Shown here piece by piece: positions 26,851 through 39,415 of a stretch of DNA of 64,000 nucleotides. Below the pieces are notes generated by a model, which ran no database searches, was not told the origin of the DNA, and worked only from the letters and a program-made list of their open reading frames with translations. The first letter of the stretch is position 1. Each line of letters opens with the position of its first letter. A program made the position numbers and the translations under genes. Source of the stretch: Chiloscyllium plagiosum (Eukaryota); NCBI RefSeq assembly GCF_004010195.1, contig NC_057719.1:24045933-24109932 (forward strand), read 5' to 3'.

Positions 26851-27179
26851 CTCTGGAGCAAGCGTTTAGTTTCTCATTATAAAATGTCACATCTCGCAGT
26901 GCAGCAATGATGCCTCACTCCCTGAGCACAAGAGTGTCAGCCCTAATTTTAATGTTTGAGTACTGTATTGGGCCTTGAGTCCAGCAACTCAGAACTAGGA
27001 AGTAAAGCCAATAATGCAACTAATGACCCACAGCAAGAGTTAGGCTAAACAGAAGCATTAGGTTATCTGCTCAACCCTCAGTTTTAACTGATTGATGGGG
27101 AAAAATCTTCTGATGCCCATTTAACACTAATGCAAATAGCACTTCTGGCATAATAATAACAATATAAGAAGAGGTAGCA

Positions 27180-27490
27180 TTTCCTCTCCACCCCTAATTT
27201 CCCAGAGGGCAATTTAAGAATCAACATTGGCTTTTTGGGTCTAAAATCACGTGTAGGCCAGACCAGGAAAGAATGGCAGTTTCCTTCCCTAAACGGCATT
27301 AGTGAACCAAATAGATTTTCCCAACAATCAACAATGGATTCATGGCTCTCTTTTGATTCTTAATTCCATATTTTTATTGAATTCAAATTGCACCATCTGC
27401 TGTGGCAGGATTTGAACTCAGGTCCCCAGGACGTCATCTGGGTATCTGGAGTAACAGTTTAGCAATAATACCACTATGCCATCACCTCTC
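27180..27490 (-). mobile_element. tRNA-derived SINE, different family
   Basis: Minus strand has GGCATAGTGGTA A box and GAGTTCAAATCC B box. Tail resembles the second LINE family. Confidence 0.7.
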
Positions 27491-28938
27491 TAAAGTCAAA
27501 TATCAAACACCTAAGATGAGATGAATTCCTGCACCTACTTCACATAAAACAGAATTTTTCAGGTAAGGAGTTTCACATTAATTTGAGAGAGACATAAAGA
27601 GTCACTTGTATATTCAATAATAAATTAAAAGGTACACATTATAATCATGCACTAAATGTGCTCAAATGTATAGAGTAATGGATTAATCAGCTGCAGAATA
27701 TACCTCTAATCTACAAAATAAATGTCATTTAGATATGCAAAAAACAAAAAGTGAAGTTAATAATTACATAGCAACAAAAGCAGTGAAGGCTAAATATAAT
27801 AAATCAGTACTAAAACAGTATTGGGACTATCAGACGAAGAATGGACGCACAAAAATGCAGGTGTAATCAAAGCTTTGGAATACGTTTCTTTTAATCCTAA
27901 CAATTGCTTCCTCCAATGTTTTCACAAAAGTAAGCTTGAGTGATAATCGTCAACTCACCCAAAATAGATATTCCACAAGTAAAATCACTGAATGAGATGG
28001 GAGCCCTGCATGCAGGCTGAGAGGGCACACAACAAAGAATGTGAAGGCATCCAAAAGATTATCACTATGAAAAAACTTCCAAAAAGCATTGTTGGTCAAA
28101 TCCAAACCTGATCATTGTGAAGAGGTAAGATACTAGTGGAAGGGTAGGAAAGAATAATTACTCATTACGGAGTTTCACTGAAGTGGGAGACAGTGACAAG
28201 CATGAGGAAATGCCAATAGCTTGCTATTGGGATTAGTGAAAGTTCTCACTTGTACATATAATTTGGGCTCAGAAACTCAATACGAAGTGGTCAAGTTATC
28301 TGATGATACTAAACTAGTATCATCAGATACCAGCAATGAAATCAGTAAAATAGTTGAGAACTGAATGAATGAGTTGGACAAAGTAGGTACATGAGTAGAT
28401 TAATAACTAACAAAATTTAATGGGGACAAGTTAAATATACTTCCCATTGGTGGATAAAGAATGCCATACACACTATCAGTGAATGGCATTTAAATAGCAA
28501 GGGATAAGCTAAGAGAGACCTAGCAATGTTAGTTGACTAGATGATAGATACTTTTATTCAATGTGAGACAATAAAAAGCCAACTAATTGATAGATAAATT
28601 CCAAACTGGAATGCAAGTCAGAGATTACAATTAAACTGTACAGTGTGCTGGACATGTACTATGTCTAAATGTGGTTTTTAAAAGACAAAAGAGACATTGA
28701 AAGTGTTGGTGGTCACGAAATTGACCTCCAATAGAAAAGGTCAGATTTGAGGAAAGCTGCAAGAAACTTATGCTTTACTTCCTACAATGCATTGCCGATG
28801 CTACTTATTACATAAAATTGTTTTTCACCATGTTGCTTTTTGTTCTTTTTCCAATCACCTAATCTAATTCTTGACCCAGGAATCAAAGGGAACTGTTTCT
28901 ATCTACTCTGGTTAGGTACCCATTCCATGTTTTTTGAA

Positions 28939-29090
28939 GTTAAAAAATCACGCAACACCAGGTTATAGTCCAATAGATACATTTGGAAGTACAGGCTTTC
29001 GGAGCGCCGATCCTTCATCAGGTAGCTGGGAGTAGCCTGGTGTTCTGTGATTTTTAACTTTGTCCACTCCAGTCCAACACCAGCAGCTCC
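28939..29090 (-). mobile_element. Penelope-related short element with inverted arms and a hammerhead motif
   Basis: Arms gttaaaaaatcacgcaacaccagg and cctggtgttctgtgatttttaac. Minus strand has CUGAUGA-A-GGA..UCC-GAAA-GCC at 28994-29021. Confidence 0.7.
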
Positions 29091-29404
29091 ATATCAAACA
29101 AATTACTCAATCTTCTCTAAGGGGAACACATCAGCTTCTCTAATCTATCTACATAACTGAATTTACTCATCCTGAGCATCCTTGAACCGCTTCCCCAAAA
29201 CCTTCACATCCTTCTTGAAGTGCAGGGTCCAGAATTGAACACAATATTTCAGTTGATGCCAAACTGAAACTTTCATAAGGATGCATCATAATTTTTGTTT
29301 TCAGTAGGTTAACAAGATCGGCAGAGATTATTTAGCCCAAGCAGGCGTTCTCACGCTATCATCTCAAGTGTCCCTCATTACCAGGCACCATGGCCCTATG
29401 ACCA

Positions 29405-30560
29405 AGACCATAAGATATAGGTGCAGACATGGCCATTCATGCCCATCGAGTCTGCTCCAGTCAACAAGATCATGGCTGATTTAATTATTGTCAACTCCAC
29501 TTTTCTTCTTTTTCCACATAACTCTTGAATCCCTTACCAATTATAAAAAATGTCCCTTTCAGCCATGCAATCAGCCTCAGTTAGAGACAAAAAAAAAACA
29601 GCTGTAATTCAAGGTAGACATGCAGGAGGCTGGAAGAACACAGCAAGCCAGGCAACCAGTCCTTTGCCCTGAAGAAGGGTTACACCTGAAACGGTGACTT
29701 CTTCACCTCTTGATGGTGCCTGGCTTGCTGTGTTCTTAAAGGATCCTGCTTGTCAACTACGAAATCAGCCTCATTAACCCTCTGTGGTAAGGATCTCGAC
29801 AGATACACAACCCTGTAAAAGAAATGATATGAAGGGGTATAGGCCAAGAATATGGAGGTAGGTCACATTGAATGGTGGGGTTTGAGGGGCTGAATGGCCT
29901 ACTCCTGCTTCTTAAAGCATCTGTCATAAATGACAACATTCTTATTGAGATTATGCCCTCAGGTTCTAGACACTCCCACGAGGGAAAACAACCCTTCTGT
30001 GTCTACCATGTGAAGTTCATGAAGACTCTTGTACTTTTCAGTCATTCTTATATGGTCAAATGCGTACAGGCCAAATCTACTCAATTTCTTCTCAAAAGAC
30101 AGTCCCACCATACCTCGTATCGGTTGACTGCAACTTATCTGGATCACCTCCATAAACAACATATCTTTCCTTGGAGAAGAAGCCCAAAACTCTTCTCAGT
30201 ATTTCAGCTGTGATCTGACTAGTCGCTTGTATAATTTTAGCAAAATCTATCTACTTTTATACTCCGTTTTCTTTGAAATCAAGGTCAACATTCCATTTGC
30301 CTTCCCTATTTTGGATGCTAGCTTTTATCATTTGTAGACAACAGCTTCCAAATCCTTCTGTTGTTCAGCTTTCTGGAGTGTTTCTACATTTGAATTATAA
30401 TCAGTTCCTCTGTAAAGTACATATCCTCACATTTTACCACATTATATTCCATCTGCTAAACTTTAGTCCACCCATTTAACTGTCTATATTCTTTTACTCT
30501 TTGGTTTATTCTTCCCACTTGCTTTCCCACCTGTTTTTGTGTCAATTGCAAATTTGGCAA
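29405..30560 (-). mobile_element. CR1 LINE 3' fragment with internal insertions
   Basis: Reverse tail (accataagatatagg) and decayed ORF2 C-terminus. Confidence 0.75.
29585..29760 (+). mobile_element. Penelope-related short element with inverted arms and decayed hammerhead
   Basis: Arms aagaacacagcaagccaggca and tgcctggcttgctgtgttctt flank CUGAAGA-A-GGGU(UAC)ACCU-GAAA-CGG at 29669-29695. Confidence 0.7.
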
Positions 30561-31257
30561 TGGAATTCTACTCATCCTATTGTCTCACTCGTCACAGTCA
30601 GAAGTACTGGCCACAGCAAGCCTTCTGCGATTCTTGGCACCAGCACCATTTTTGAAGCCTGCCATGCATCCGGTTAAGCACTGGCAGCCTGCAGCTGCCC
30701 TGCACAATTCCTGACAATTGCTTTTGATACGTCAGATAGCGGGAAATTGGTACCTTGCTTTGCTAATGGGAACTTAGATGGCCTGGAGGACACTGTGTGT
30801 GTGCAGTCGCAGTCCATGGAACATGCCCTGAGATGTTGGTGCCTAGTATCCAAGGAGAGGGGTACCTGAAGAATCAGCAGCAAACTGGAACCACTTAGAC
30901 ATTCATGTCAGGAATTGTTGCTTTCTAATTTCTAACCAATTAGTAGGAGAATGGGAAACTACATATCAATAAGGAAAGATTATACAATAATTAGGATGCT
31001 AATGCACGCAAATAAACCTCTTACCACTCACGAGCAAGAATCTTACCTTGCCTTTCAACATCTTATTGTAAAATGGGACTTTTTACATTTGCAGTAAGGA
31101 GATTCCCAATCTCTCACAATGATCCTAACTTTCTTGCCAATGTCCAGACATTCAGTGGCTGGGAAAACTTAGTCCTATGCCTCCATTTATAAAACCCAAA
31201 TTTCCAAATGTCTTTTGCAGCACTTTCTCAACTTGCTTTGGCTCCTTCAGTTTGCTG

Positions 31258-31350
31258 ATTCCTGATGACGGGCTTATGCCCAAAATGTCGATTCTCCTGC
31301 TTTTCAGATGCTGCCTGACCTGCTGTGCTTTTCCAGCACTACACTCTCAA
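31258..31350 (+). mobile_element. decayed copy of the hammerhead repeat inside an old CR1 fragment
   Basis: ctgatgacgggcttatgcccaaaatgtcgattctcc...ctgacctgctgtgcttttccagc. GAAAC is mutated at CpG sites. Confidence 0.75.
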
Positions 31351-32889
31351 CTCTTGGCACCTTCAATGATTTGTACACCTCTATACAATCGCAACATGTA
31401 TTTTATATTGCCTCTCTTCATACTTCTGACCAAAATATATCACCTCACACAGTCAAATGTCCTCTCAACATTCTTTCTCCTCTCAGTTCAAAACACATCA
31501 AAACTCTTTCATTATCTGCAATTTTGAAATTAAGCTCTGTATTCTCAAGAGGACGTTGTCTCACGATGCAGTGGGAGCATCCCTATGCTTGAGTCAGAAA
31601 CTTCAGGCTTGACACTCCAGGACTTGATAGTCAACCATGACGTGTTCACAACTTGGCCAAACTGGTTGACTGTCAACCTATAAACCCTTCCAATATATGC
31701 CAATGACAGCTAATAAGATAAGGAGAATTCTTGGTTAGCCATGTGACAGAAAGAAATTGGAGCCTCTACCACCTTTATTGGTTGGTCTGGATTACAGCAT
31801 GCTTTAAAAACATACATTGTCATTGCAACCTAGCCTCCCTGGGGAGTTGATCAGATGATGCAGATTAAATTGGTGCCAACAACACGTGATTCCATCCCTG
31901 TTCTGGCTGGGGTGGATTCAAGACGCCCTTCCTACCTTAACCATTCTGGAGATAGTGGCATTCAGACTTACATCTGCCTTTGGGCAGTTAACTTAAGAAG
32001 ACACCTAAATCTAAAAAATATATTTATTATAATCATACAGACGAATCCTCAGGACAACCCAAAACATCTCACAACTGATTAATGGCAACTAATAATTTCA
32101 CAGCTTATTAATCACTTTTCAACTGTATACACAGCCAATTAGTGCAAAGCAAATTCCCATGAAGAAAATGATTACTAATGTGCTTTTTTGAGTAACGTAT
32201 AAATGATTGGCAAGGAAAAAAAGTGAACAGTCCTGTTCTTTCACCATTTGGTCTATTATGTTCCATCGATTAAGTCAATAATTGACCTGATACAAAAGTT
32301 CACTCTCATTTATTATAGTTCAATGCCAGTATAGAAATGCAGTTGGGCTTGAAACCATAATGCTATGATTCAGAAACCATAATCTAGCTAGAGTAGCAAA
32401 CTTGAAGACTTTGGAATATACTGGAGTACACATTTAAAAGCTGAAACGGAGAACCACATTGTACTTCTGGATAGATGAACTAAAACAGGCTGAGATATTT
32501 TCAACCAATTGTCAATAGCACAGGAATTCCCTTTTTTAATTACTGATGCAGGGCCTTTTTTGTGTGCTGCTGCAAATTGCTAAAAAATGTGTTGTTAACA
32601 GTAACCTGTAGTCATCATAACTGACAGGCATACCTTCTCTTCCTTGTTTTGTTGAGGTAAGATGCTAGAATTCACAATAACTTATTCTCGACACAAGTGA
32701 AGAATGGCTGTGGGGGGGATAAGAAGGGATGAGTATTCTAAGATGGATGGCAAAAATGATGAGAAAACAGAAAATAGACAGAAGTGAGAAATAAGAAAAA
32801 ATAAATATTAGACAAATTATTAATCAGATTGATGATTGGAAAGATTGCAGACAACAATATTGTTGGTAGTTGAATGATACTTGCAAGGT

Positions 32890-33720
32890 TTGTGAAGGTT
32901 TGTAGCTCAGGTTGAGGTTTAGGGTGTAGGTTTGCTCACTGAGCTGTAGGTTTGATATCCAGATGTTTCATTATCTGGCAAGGTAACATCATCAGTGGCA
33001 ACCTCCAAGTGAAGCGAAGCTGTTGTCTCCTGCTTTCTATTTATATCTTTCTCCTGGGTGGGGTTCCTGGGCTTTTTGTGGTGATGTCATTTCCTGTTTG
33101 TTTTCTGAGGGGTTGATAGATGGCATCTAGATCTATGCGTTTGTTTATGGCGTTGTGGTTGGAGTGCCAGGCCTCTAGGAATTCTCTGGCATGTCTTTGC
33201 TTAGCCTGTCCCAGGATAGATGTGTTGTCCCAGTCGAAATGGTGGATTTTTTTCATCCGTGTGTAGGGCTACGAGGGAAAGAGGGTTGTGTCTTTTTGTG
33301 GCTAGCTGGTGTTCGTGTATCCTGGTAGCTAACTTTCTTCCTGTTTGTCCTGCATAGTGTTTGTGGCAGTCCTTGCATGGAATTTTGTAGATGACATTGG
33401 TTTTGTCCACTGGGTCTTTTAAGTTTGTTAGTTTTTGTTTGAGAGTGTTGGTGGGTTTGTGTGTTACTAGGATTCCGAGGGGTCTTAGTAGTCTGGCTGT
33501 CATTTCTGAAACTTCTTTGATGTATGGTAAGGTGTTTAGGGTTTCTGGCTGTGTTTGGTCTGCTTGTCGTGGTTTGTTCTTGAGGAATCTGCGCACTATT
33601 ATTTACAGCCAGACTACTAAGACCCCTCAGAATCCTAGTAGCACACAAACCCACCAACACTCTCAAACAAAAACTAACAAACTTCAAAGACCCAGTACAA
33701 CCCATGGACAAAACCAATGT
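32890..33720 (-). mobile_element. 5'-truncated Penelope-like element (PLE): GIY-YIG endonuclease, 3' region with hammerhead, inverted 5' segment
   Basis: NVIYKIPCKDCHKHYAGQTGRKLATRIHEH and ...REFLEAWH..NAINKRIDL (ORFs 33201..33596 and 33041..33256, frameshifted). 33605-33720 is an inverted copy of 33394-33500. Confidence 0.92.
32959..32998 (-). ncRNA. minimal hammerhead motif in the Penelope 3' region
   Basis: CCA-CUGAUGA-U-GUUACCU(UGCC)AGAUAAU-GAAA-CA-UC-UGG. Stem I is CCA/UGG. The stem III palindrome is broken (ACAU). Confidence 0.65.
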
Positions 33721-34327
33721 TGAATGATAGTTATATGAATTCACAAAACAGCCAAAGCAATAGTGAAGGCCAAGAGGCATTAATAATTATCAACAGATAT
33801 TGCAACATGAAGGTTTAGATGACTTAACATTTCTGGTTAAAACATTTGTAGGAGAACACAAGATGATACAAGGTTCATTGCAATGACAATTTCAATCAGT
33901 TTTAGAATGTAAGATTTTTCTAAAAATTGTATTAAAAACAAAACTCATGCAGGCAAAGATGAGAAAGGACATGGCAAATGTTTATTAAAGACTACTAAAC
34001 ATTGGAGATAAATCTTAACAGCAGGGGTAGAAAGAATGGGTAATTGTAAGTATCTCAAGATATACTTAGATAAAAATAATTTAAGGTACAGAAATCTTTC
34101 TTTGGATGTTTAAAATTAGTTAGTAGAAGATGTTTCATTTCCAACATGGAAGCATTGAATTGCTGTAGCATAGAAGGAGGCAATTCAGCTCATCGTGGCT
34201 GCACTGGTTCTCTGTCCATGAGAAGGAAGCACTGTTTGATGTTATGTTAAGAAGTGAAGTGCAATGATTTCTTATTTACAATAAGCCTGGGTTAACTGAG
34301 GCAAACAGTCAAAGATAAGGATATTTA

Positions 34328-36612
34328 GAGTCATAGAGATGTACAGCATGGAAACAGACCCTTCGGTCCAACTTGTCCATGCCGACAAGATGTCCCAACC
34401 TAATCTAGTCCCACCTGCCAACACCCGGCCCACATCCCTCCAAATCCTTCCTATTCATATATCCATCCAGATGCCTTTTAAATGTTGTAATTGTACCAGC
34501 CTCCACCACTTCCTCTGGCAGCTCATTCCATATACACACCACCCTCTGCATTAAAAAGTTGCCTCTTAGGTCTCTTTTATATCTTTCCCCTCTCACCTTA
34601 AACCTATGCCCTCCAGTTCTGGACTCCCCCACCCCATGGAAATGACTTTGTCTATTTATCCTATCCATGCCCCTCACAATTCTATAAACCTCTATAAGGT
34701 CACTCCTCAGCCCCCGACCCTCCAGGGAAAATAGCCCCAGCCTATTCTGCCTCTCCCTATAGCTAAACCCTCCAACCCTAGCAACATCCTTGTAAATCTT
34801 TTCTGGACCCTTTTAAGTTTCACAACATCCTTCCTACATCTGGGAGATCAGAATTGCGCACAACATTCCAAAAATGGCCTAACTAATGTCCTGTACAGCT
34901 GCAACATGACCTCCTGACTCCTATTCTCTATGCACTGACCAGTAAAGGAAAGCATACCAAACACCTTCTTCACTATCCTATCTACATGCGATTCTACTTT
35001 CAAGGTACTATGTACCTGCTCTTTAAGGTCTCTTTATTCAGCAACACACCTAAGGACCATACCATTAAGTGTATAAGTCCTGTCCTGATTTGGCTTTCCA
35101 AAGTGCAGCACCTCACATTTATCTAAATTAAACTCCAATTGTCACTCCTCAGCCAATTGGTCTAACTGATGAAGATCCCACTGTACACTGAGGTAACCTT
35201 CTTCACTGACCACTACACTTCCTATTTTGGTATCATCTGCAAATGTACTAACCATTCCTTCTATATTCACATCCAAATCATTTATATGAATGATGAAAAG
35301 TAGTGGACCCAGCACCGATCCTTGTGGCATACCACTGGTCACAGGCCTCCAGTCTGAAAAGCAACCCTCCACCACCAGCTTCTGTCTCCTGCCTTTGAGC
35401 CAGTTTTGTATCCAAATGGCTAGTTTTAGATTAGATTAGATTAGATTACTTTACAGTGTGGAAACAGGCCCTTCGGCCCAACAAATCCACACCGACCCGC
35501 CGAAGCGTAACCCACCCATACCCCTACATTTACCCCTTACCTAACACTACGGGCAATTTAGCATGGCCAATTCACCTGACCTGCACATCTTTGGACTGTG
35601 GGAGGAAACCGGAGCACCCGGAGACACGGGGAGAACGTGCAAACTCCACACAGTCAGTCGCCTGAGGCGGGAATTGAACCCGGGTCTCTGGCGCTGCGAG
35701 GCAGCAGTGCTAACCACTGTGCCACCGTGCCGCCCACAAGTTCTCCCTGTATTCCATGTGATCTAACCTTGCGAACCACTCAACCATGAGGAACCAATGT
35801 GAACGCCTTTGGGGAAGTCCATACAGATCATGACCACCCCTCTGCTGTCATCAATCCTCTTTGTTACTTCTTCAGAAAACTCAATCAAGTTAGTAAGACA
35901 TGGTTTCCCACACAAAAAGTCATGCTGACTATCCTTACTCAGTCCTTGCCTATCTAAATTTGTAAATGCTGTGCCTCAAGATTCTCTCCAACAACTTGCT
36001 CACCACCAATGTCAGGCTCACCATTCTGCAGTTCCCTGGTTCTCCTTACCACCTTTCTTAAATAGTGGCACTGCGTTCGCCAATCCCCAGTCTTCCAGCA
36101 GATCACCTGTGACTGCCGATGATCCATATATGTCAGCAAGGGGTCCAGCAATCACTTCCCTCGCTTCCCACAGAGTTCTAGGGTACATCTGATCAGGTCT
36201 TGGGGATTTATTCACCTTAATATGCTTTAAGACACCATCTCCTCAGTAATACGGCCATTTTTTAAGATGTCACCATCTATTTTCCCTACATTCTATATCT
36301 TCCATGTCCTTCTCCACAATAAACACTGATGCAAAATACTCATTTATTATCTCCCCCATCTCCTGCGGTTCCATACACATGCTGTCTTGCTGATCTCTGA
36401 AGGGCCCTATTCTCTCCCTAGTTACCCTTTTGTCCTTACAGTATTTACAAAATCCCTTTTGATTCTCCTTAACCCTATTTACCAAAGCAATCTCATGGCC
36501 CCTTTCTTCCCTTCTGATTTCCCTCTTAAATTTACTCCCACTGCCTTTACACTCTTCTACGGATTCACTCGATCTCTGCTGTATATACCTGACATATGCT
36601 ACCTTCTTTTGA
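34328..36612 (-). mobile_element. 5'-truncated CR1 LINE interrupted by a SINE
   Basis: [20 protein letters not shown] and KSPRPDQMYPRTL motifs. Tail gagtcatagagatgtacagc in reverse. Confidence 0.92.
35426..35735 (-). mobile_element. young HE1-type SINE
   Basis: Highly similar to 56141-56468. (AATCT)n tail, CpGs retained. Confidence 0.93.
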
Positions 36613-36728
36613 TATAACTAAATTATTTAGAAAAACGAGTTTGATTCTGAAAAAAATTAACAGAACAAAATAAATAAAAGCATATTTTGACTTTCAGAAT
36701 CAAGTCTGAAAAGGAGTTAGCAGTAGTT

Positions 36729-36849
36729 AGAACATAGAACATAGAAGAATACAGCGCAGTACACTCCCCAATCTCTTCCGCCTCCACACGCAACTTCCCC
36801 CTACTATCCTTGACTGGACCTATTCCTACCCTAGTCATTCTTTTATTCC
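36729..36849 (-). mobile_element. 121-bp internally deleted CR1 (ORF2 linker fused to 3' tail)
   Basis: RNKRMTRVGIGPVKDSRGKLRVEAEEIGE joined to tgtactgcgctgtattcttctatgttctatgttct. TAGTT on both sides. Confidence 0.75.
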
Positions 36850-37574
36850 TAGTTCTGGTAACAATATTTCCTAATACCCTTTAGATTACAAATTACTTGA
36901 GGAGACTGAAGCGTAGTCAATGCAACATCTTTGTTTAAGAGGTGGGAAGAATAAATAGTGTAAGTACAGGTCATTAATCTAATGTCAGCTACAGGCAAAC
37001 CTTTATTCAGAAAATAATGAAAGGTATGGATTTGTTAATCATAATTATCATTTGCTATTTCAACAACTTTGATTTTTTTTAAGTTACAGCTTGTGAAGAA
37101 GTAATCTCTTATCAAATCAGCACTGAGTGTTTGTGTACTGATGACAGACAAAACAAATTTTGGACACACAACCTGTTCAAACCAACCTTGCAGAAATAAT
37201 ATGTGTGGTCTATCATGTTAATGCACCCAGAACCTTGGCCTCGAGTTCTGGATTACTAGTCCAGTGACATTACCACTACACTACTGCATTTCTTATCCTA
37301 ACATTGCAAGATATGTTAGATATTTAGTACGTCTTTAAATCATTTAATCCATTCATTACTGTTTTGGTGTTTGGATTGCAGTTCAAAGTTGAAAAGGATT
37401 TGAAAATGTTGTTTTTCTTAAGTCTGACTAGAACAATGCAACTGGACCTTCCAATTATGCCCTAATTGCAGTTAATTTGCAACACTTGACAAAGTGTTAT
37501 GCAATCAATCTTACTATTTGAAGGCAATGATCAATTACTTTATTCAAAAGGCAGGTTCATGTTTTTATCTAGGA

Positions 37575-37760
37575 GTACAAAGATGTGCAGGTGAGGTGGA
37601 TTGGCCATGCTAAATTGCCCATAGTGTCCAGGCTAGATGGATTAGTCATGGGAAATGCAGGGTTACAGGGATAAGGTAGGGGAAAGGGTCTGGGTGGGGT
37701 GCTTTTCAGAGGGTGGACTGGATGTGCCAAATAGCCTGTTTCCACACTACAGGGATTCTA
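37575..37760 (+). mobile_element. HE1-type SINE, 3' half
   Basis: aaagatgtgcagg..ggattggccatgctaaattgccc..cctgtttccacact. Confidence 0.8.
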
Positions 37761-38739
37761 GGAAAGATAATTAACAGGGCATACTGCCTTTCATTATATA
37801 GTGAAGTGCACTGAATGGAATGCCCCGTAGTGCCGAAAGCCAGATGCCGATTACAGAAACACAAGATCTTGGGCTAAATTTTATGGCTGTGCAAAATTCT
37901 TGATACCTGGTCTGAATGCAGAGGGAACCATCCCCCACCCTGGATTTGGCTGGTGATGGGACTTACTCTGATGAGCTGCTAGTTGGTCATGGCTGAAGCT
38001 GAATTTACAGCTTCAGAGAAAGGTCTCAGTGGCCAGATGTCCTCAAAAAAAGTATTGGTACTATAGACAAGACCCAGCAATCAGGTGGTGGTGGTACTGA
38101 AAGGGGAGGGAAGTGTTGGGAATTGTTTGAAGATTGTCAATTTATCTGAGGTGCATTTGGCACGGGAATAACCATTGCCACCAGAGACTCATCTGTATCC
38201 AAAAAGGAGAGTTATCTCATGCCAGATTTCACAGGGTTTTATCCCAGCATAGCGGGAAGAAGTGGCTCACATCTCCGAGGGAACTAATTTGATATATTTC
38301 CTAACCACTTATAAAATGGTATGGCAACAGGGAAATATCAGGCAATCCTTGATGCCTTCCCATGTTATTTCACCAGTCTCCCCAGCATGTCACATTTGCT
38401 GGCCTTTATCTCTCTTTGTTTAGTTATGAATGTTACTGATGTGATGATTAAGCTAATAGGAGTTGAAAAGATACCATATCATCCAAATGAATTTTTAACC
38501 CAATTGCACTATGCAACCGATCAGGTTTCTCATCAGCAAACAAGAACTACTTTTGCACATCAATAAAAATACTGGGACTGGAGTTTATTTCAACTGTTCT
38601 GTAGTTCTGGTTCCCTAACAATGAATACAGAAGTTAACCTGTAAGTAATTTTCACTGTGTTTATGCTATTCACTTGCACTATGCAACTTTTGTTCAGCAT
38701 TTATAGCAAGTCTAATGGTTTAAAAGATTTTACATCATT

Positions 38740-39168
38740 AAAAATGTGTCAGTGCTAGCAGTCATTGCTTTTGGGTTAAAAGGTTCTGAATTCAAGTCCC
38801 ACTCTAGAAATTTTAATGCATAATCTAGCTGACAATTCTCACCAATATTGAGGAAGATGTTGTTTTTCAGAAAAAAGTTAAAAGGAAGCCCAGCCAGCCC
38901 CTTGGATGATAATAAAATAAATCAATAGCACTACTTAAAGAAAAGCAGAAGGACTACTGGTTTTTCTATGATATTTATCCATCAGTGAAACAGATTGATC
39001 GATTATTAATTCACTCCAGTCTGTAATAGATTGCCATGCAAACACTGGCTGCCATATTTCCTACATTATAATTACAGATACACTTCAGAGTTCCTTGATT
39101 GACTGTAAAGGGCTTTGAAACACTTCAAGATCGTCAAGATGTTATATAAATACAGAATCTTTGTTCTT
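38740..39168 (+). mobile_element. old Deu-domain (SacSINE1/AmnSINE1-like) SINE
   Basis: ttcaagtcccactc head, tggctgccatatttcctacatta and ctgtaaagggctttg..tatataaatac tail. Recognised from memory. Confidence 0.55.
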
Positions 39169-39309
39169 TTTTACTGAGATAGTGCATTGGAATAGAAAGA
39201 TTTGTAGTTTGCGGTGCATTACACTGGGATGTATATACTTAGTTTTGTGGGAGCAAGCCCACAGAGACTACAATTTACATTACAACTTTGCTTTTTGAAG
39301 AATACTTAC

Positions 39310-39415
39310 GTTCAACGAGTTTACTGCATATTTCCTGTCTTTGCTCCTGTTTACGATTGTAACGAACAAATACACAAAGGGTTCTGGCTGAGGCTCTTTG
39401 GACTGGGAGGACATT
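39310..39415 (-). CDS. PPP4R4: PPP4R4 coding exon, 106 nt, phase 0-1
   Basis: NVLPVQRASARTLCVFVRYNRKQEQRQEICSKLVE plus 1 nt. TAG acceptor, GTAAGT donor. Confidence 0.96.

Noticed and set aside
37871..38320. Harbinger-like non-autonomous element starting gggctaaatttt
   Set aside because: I could not find a matching right terminus or TSD.
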